A stretch of DNA of 64,000 nucleotides, taken from contig JBIPSI010000026.1 in the NCBI GenBank assembly GCA_044070495.1, positions 1-64,000 on the forward strand. Reading direction: 5' to 3'. The DNA comes from Spirulina sp. GTDB lineage: Bacteria; Cyanobacteriota; Cyanobacteriia; Phormidesmidales; Phormidesmidaceae. Under the pieces are notes generated by a model. It did not search any database and had not been told where the DNA came from. It saw only the letters and a list, made by a program, of their open reading frames with translations. Position 1 is the first letter of the stretch. Every line of letters begins with the position of its first letter. The position numbers and the translations under genes are program-made. This document shows, one piece after another, positions 60,375-64,000 of the stretch.

Positions 60375-61355
60375 ATGCCCTCCCCCTCCTTACCCGCCGA
60401 GCCTGTCCCGCTTTCTCTCCCCACGTTGTCGGTGATTGTGCCCATCTACAACGGCGAAGCCGATTTACCCGACCTGCTAGATCGGCTGATGGCCCAAACC
60501 TACCCCGCCGACCGAGTGGACTATTGGCTGGTGGACAACGGCAGCCAAGACCACACCCCGGATTTGTTAAAGACCGCTGCGGCCCAGGCCGACGAACGGG
60601 GAATCCGGCTTCAGCCCTTGACCTATCGCGATATTCAAAGCTCCTACGCCGCCCGCAATGCCGGAATTGCCGCTGCCACCGGGGAAATTCTGGCCTTCAC
60701 CGATGCCGACTGCCACCCCGAACCCACCTGGCTGGAGGAACTGGTGAAACCCTTGACCGATCCAGCCATTGGCCTAGTGGCCGGAGGGATTCATGCTTTC
60801 CCCAGTCAGCATTGGCTAGAGCGCTACGCCGAACGCCAGGGCACCCTTTCTCAGGAAAACACCCTGAATCATGCTTTTTTGCCCTATGGCCAAACGGCAA
60901 ATTTGGCAGTACGGGCCGAGATTTTTCGACAAGTCGGCCTGTTTCGGCCCCACCTCACCACCGGGGGCGATGCCGATATCTGCTGGCGCATTCAGCAACA
61001 AACGCCCTGGAAACTGGCCTCGGCCCCTGAAGCCATCGTCTACCATCGCCACCGCCGCACCCTGGAGGAACTGCGCCGCCAGTGGTATCGCTATGGTTGC
61101 TCGAACCGTTATTTGCATGATTTGCATGGGATTGACCTCATGCGTCCCCTCACCGCCGGAGAACTTCGCTATCGCCTGCTGCGCTGGGGTTTGAAGGAAT
61201 TTCCCAAGGCGGGCCTTAAATCCCTGACAGGCCAAGCCACCGGACTAGATTTGGTGATTACACCCCTCGATCTATGGTGTACCCACGCCCGCAGCCAAGG
61301 TCAGCAACAGGCCCAACTTTCCCCCCAAGCCCGTGATATTGCTTACCTGCCCTAA
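60375..61355 (+). CDS. Glycosyltransferase family 2
   Basis: SVIVPIYN, VDNGSQD, FTDADC. Confidence 0.92.
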   Translation: MPSPSLPAEPVPLSLPTLSVIVPIYNGEADLPDLLDRLMAQTYPADRVDYWLVDNGSQDHTPDLLKTAAAQADERGIRLQPLTYRDIQSSYAARNAGIAAATGEILAFTDADCHPEPTWLEELVKPLTDPAIGLVAGGIHAFPSQHWLERYAERQGTLSQENTLNHAFLPYGQTANLAVRAEIFRQVGLFRPHLTTGGDADICWRIQQQTPWKLASAPEAIVYHRHRRTLEELRRQWYRYGCSNRYLHDLHGIDLMRPLTAGELRYRLLRWGLKEFPKAGLKSLTGQATGLDLVITPLDLWCTHARSQGQQQAQLSPQARDIAYLP

Positions 61356-61400
61356 TCCCCCGATTGGGCGGAAATCTCTGATTCTGCTGACATCCTGTGT

Positions 61401-61423
61401 GGGTGGGGTAACCCCGCCCCTAC
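61401..61423 (-). repeat. GTAG-family REP variant
   Basis: gggtggggtaaccccgcccctac. Confidence 0.75.
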
Positions 61424-61456
61424 CGAATCCCTCAAGCACCAACCCCAATTTTCCCC

Positions 61457-62668
61457 ATGCGCCTTTTAATGATTTCCGCCACGTTCCCTTACCCGCCCAC
61501 CCTGGGGGGAACTCAAATCCGCACGTTCTACCTGCTGAAGCACCTGGCCCAGCGCCATGCCGTGACCCTTGTAACCCAAACCTCGCCGGAGGTGAGCGAA
61601 GCAGATGTGGTGGCTCTGGGCGGGTATGTGGACAAGCTGGTGTGTTTTCCCAAACCCAATCCCGCTGATTTGAAGCGAGGGACGATGGGCAAAATCAGCC
61701 GTTTTGCCAACTTTTTGGCCACGGGCACGCCCCCTAGCACCACCTACCTGATGGTGCCGGAGATGCAAGCCTGGGTTGAGGACTGGGTGACGAGCGGCCA
61801 GTGCGATGCCATTACCTGCGAACACAGCGTTAATGAGGGCTTTGTGCGGCCCAGCTATCGGCAGCGGGTGGGCAAGGTGGTGGTGGATATCCACAGTTCC
61901 CTCTACGGCACGTTGTTGAACCAGCTTGAAACGGGCACCGCCGAAAAGCCCTGGCGGGATCGCCTGAATTTGGGCCTGATGCGCCGCTACGAAGGGCAGT
62001 ACGTGAAAAAGTTTTCTGACCTGGTGATTACCACCGAGGAAGATCGCCGCTTTTTTGAACCCATCGCGGGCCAAACACCCCTCCATGTGGTGCCCAACGG
62101 GGTGGATTTGGAGGCGTTTCCCTACCGCAGCGCTGACCCCGGTGGCCATAGCCTGGTGTTTGTGGGAGCCATGGACTACATCGCCAATGTGGATACGGCC
62201 CAATACTTGGCGATGGAAATTCTGCCGCCCCTGCACCAGCGCTACCCAGAGGCCACCCTATACCTGGTGGGCAATAAGCCGACCCCCGCCGTGAATGCCC
62301 TGGCCAAAATTCCGGGGGTGGTGGTAACCGGGCGGGTGCCCTCGGTGGCGGACTACCTGCACCGGGCGACGGTGTGCGTGGTGCCGATGCGGATTGGCTT
62401 TGGCATTAAAAACAAAACCCTGGAAGCCATGGCGGCGGGGGTGCCCGTGGTGGCCAGTGATCGAGGCCTAGAAGGACTGGCCGTAGACCAACCCCAGCGG
62501 GCCTTGCGGGCGAATTCCACCGACGAGTATGTCGCCGCCATTGGCCAACTGTTCGATGATGCCGACCTGCGAGCCACCCTCTCCCAGCGGGGGCGCGAGT
62601 TGATTGAGGCGACCTTCACCTGGGAACGGGCTGGGGAAGCCTATGAGCGGGTGATCACAGCGGGATGA
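61457..62668 (+). CDS. Glycosyltransferase family 4
   Basis: VPNGVD, GIKNKTLEAMAAGVPVV, FTWE. Confidence 0.92.
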   Translation: MRLLMISATFPYPPTLGGTQIRTFYLLKHLAQRHAVTLVTQTSPEVSEADVVALGGYVDKLVCFPKPNPADLKRGTMGKISRFANFLATGTPPSTTYLMVPEMQAWVEDWVTSGQCDAITCEHSVNEGFVRPSYRQRVGKVVVDIHSSLYGTLLNQLETGTAEKPWRDRLNLGLMRRYEGQYVKKFSDLVITTEEDRRFFEPIAGQTPLHVVPNGVDLEAFPYRSADPGGHSLVFVGAMDYIANVDTAQYLAMEILPPLHQRYPEATLYLVGNKPTPAVNALAKIPGVVVTGRVPSVADYLHRATVCVVPMRIGFGIKNKTLEAMAAGVPVVASDRGLEGLAVDQPQRALRANSTDEYVAAIGQLFDDADLRATLSQRGRELIEATFTWERAGEAYERVITAG

Positions 62669-62719
62669 AATCTCCCCCAACCCGAACCCCGTAACCCTAA
62701 TTCACAGACTCCAGAAACC

Positions 62720-62742
62720 GTAGGGGCGGGGTCTCTCCGACC
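62720..62742 (+). repeat. GTAG-family REP copy (degenerate)
   Basis: gtaggggcggggtctctccgacc. Confidence 0.7.
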
Positions 62743-62773
62743 TGCCAAATCGGGGATAGTTAGGTACGTTGGC

Positions 62774-64000
62774 TTAACCCGTGCGTTGAACATAGAAAAA
62801 CGCCGCCTGGACGAGTCCAATCCCAAAGCCCAGGATGCCGCCTAGGTTAACAATGGCCTGCAATTCGCTGCGGACGATGCCCTGGATGGCCATTTCCAAA
62901 TCCCTGGGGGAGGTACCGCGCACTCGGTTGATGATCACCTGGTCGATGTTGAGGATGGGGATGATTTGGGCAACGAGGGATTCCAAATCCCGCTCTAGGT
63001 AGCGTTCCAGCACGAGGGCCAATTCTTCGCTGACGGGATCGAGGGATTGGGTAATCACCTGGGAATGCTGGAGGCGATTGATCAGTTGGGTGGCCAGCAT
63101 TTCCCAGTTGACGGAGTTGCCTAGCCCGGTGAGGAATTCTGGCCCCAGGGTGCGGATATAGGTTTGGACGGATTCCTTCAGGTTGCGGCGCATTTGGCGC
63201 ACGGTGGCCACGGGCAAGTTTTGTAGGGAAACCTGCTGAAGCCAGTCGCGCAGGCGTTTTTTGATCTGGAGGGCGGTGCTGAGTTCGGCGATGCGGGCAT
63301 TGCTGACCTCCCGTTCATCCAAACAGAAGGAACGCAGACGGCCTAGGGCATTGCGTACCCCAAATAGGTTGGCCACCACCCAGTAGGTGCCGCTGGTGCG
63401 CTCCCGAAAAATGGTGTCGATTACCTGAATGTTGCGGTCGGTGAGGAAGTCGATGATGAGCTGGCGCACCTTGTCGGGCGGAAACACCCCGGTCAGCAGC
63501 CAGGTGGCGATTTGATCGGCCTGCTCTGGGCTAAAGCGAAAGTCCACCAGCACTTGGTCAAACAGTTGATTGAGCTGGGGTTCCAAAAAGTCATCCCGCC
63601 TAGCCCACACCCGAATTAGTCGGGGCAGAGATTTGCCAAAGAGATCCTGCAAAATACTCCCCGCAATTTGGGCAGTACGAGCCTGGGTGCGGTCGCGAAC
63701 TTGATCCAGCGCCAACTCTAACAACCACTTAATCGCCGCCTGGGTGCGTTCGGTTTGCAGCAGCCGACGGGCCAGGTTTTGCAGTTCTTCCGGCGTCAGC
63801 AGCGACCCCATGATGGTGTCGGAAATGCGCTTAGCCAAGCGTTCTTGATTGCTCGGAATCAGCCCTGGGGTGAAGGGAACCCGCTGTTTGCCCACATACC
63901 ACGGGCGGTAGGGCCGAAACAGCATTTTGATGGCGATGTCATTGGTGAAATAGCCAATCACACCGCCCACCACCGGAGGGGCCACCAATAGCCAGAGATC
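62774..64000 (-). CDS. DUF445 family protein (5' partial)
   Basis: [36 protein letters not shown]; frame is open to the window edge. Confidence 0.9.
   Translation of the reverse strand, partial: DLWLLVAPPVVGGVIGYFTNDIAIKMLFRPYRPWYVGKQRVPFTPGLIPSNQERLAKRISDTIMGSLLTPEELQNLARRLLQTERTQAAIKWLLELALDQVRDRTQARTAQIAGSILQDLFGKSLPRLIRVWARRDDFLEPQLNQLFDQVLVDFRFSPEQADQIATWLLTGVFPPDKVRQLIIDFLTDRNIQVIDTIFRERTSGTYWVVANLFGVRNALGRLRSFCLDEREVSNARIAELSTALQIKKRLRDWLQQVSLQNLPVATVRQMRRNLKESVQTYIRTLGPEFLTGLGNSVNWEMLATQLINRLQHSQVITQSLDPVSEELALVLERYLERDLESLVAQIIPILNIDQVIINRVRGTSPRDLEMAIQGIVRSELQAIVNLGGILGFGIGLVQAAFFYVQRTG

Overview
Chromosomal window from a GC-rich cyanobacterium; gene content suggests a Leptolyngbya/Nodosilinea-like filamentous strain (inference). 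It starts in the 3' end of psbA and ends inside a DUF445 gene. Mostly core genes: C-terminal protease, Na+/H+ antiporter, two J-domain proteins, hemJ, sodB, gcvP, nadC, queA, ggt, isiA-isiB-hydrolase, msrA, murQ, trpD, trpE, psaD, remA-like, NFACT and two glycosyltransferases. No rRNA, tRNA, CRISPR array or intact transposase seen. Best leads: (1) an AT-richer 17.8-22.6 kb block encoding a SiaABCD-like partner-switching module (sensor PP2C phosphatase, kinase-like protein, STAS-like protein, divergent coiled-coil diguanylate cyclase); (2) four non-coding RNA candidates missed by the ORF track (riboswitch-like multi-stem leader at 25.4 kb, SD/micro-ORF transcript at 23.7 kb, Yfr2-like, PsrR1-like); (3) a RelE-type toxin killed by a nonsense codon behind an intact putative antitoxin; (4) a D1 precursor with a short 9-residue C-terminal extension next to a C-terminal protease; (5) several families of REPs/MITEs; (6) apparent absence of the HIP1 core CGATCG with abundant CTAG. 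All family assignments are by eye from motifs; no database search was run.
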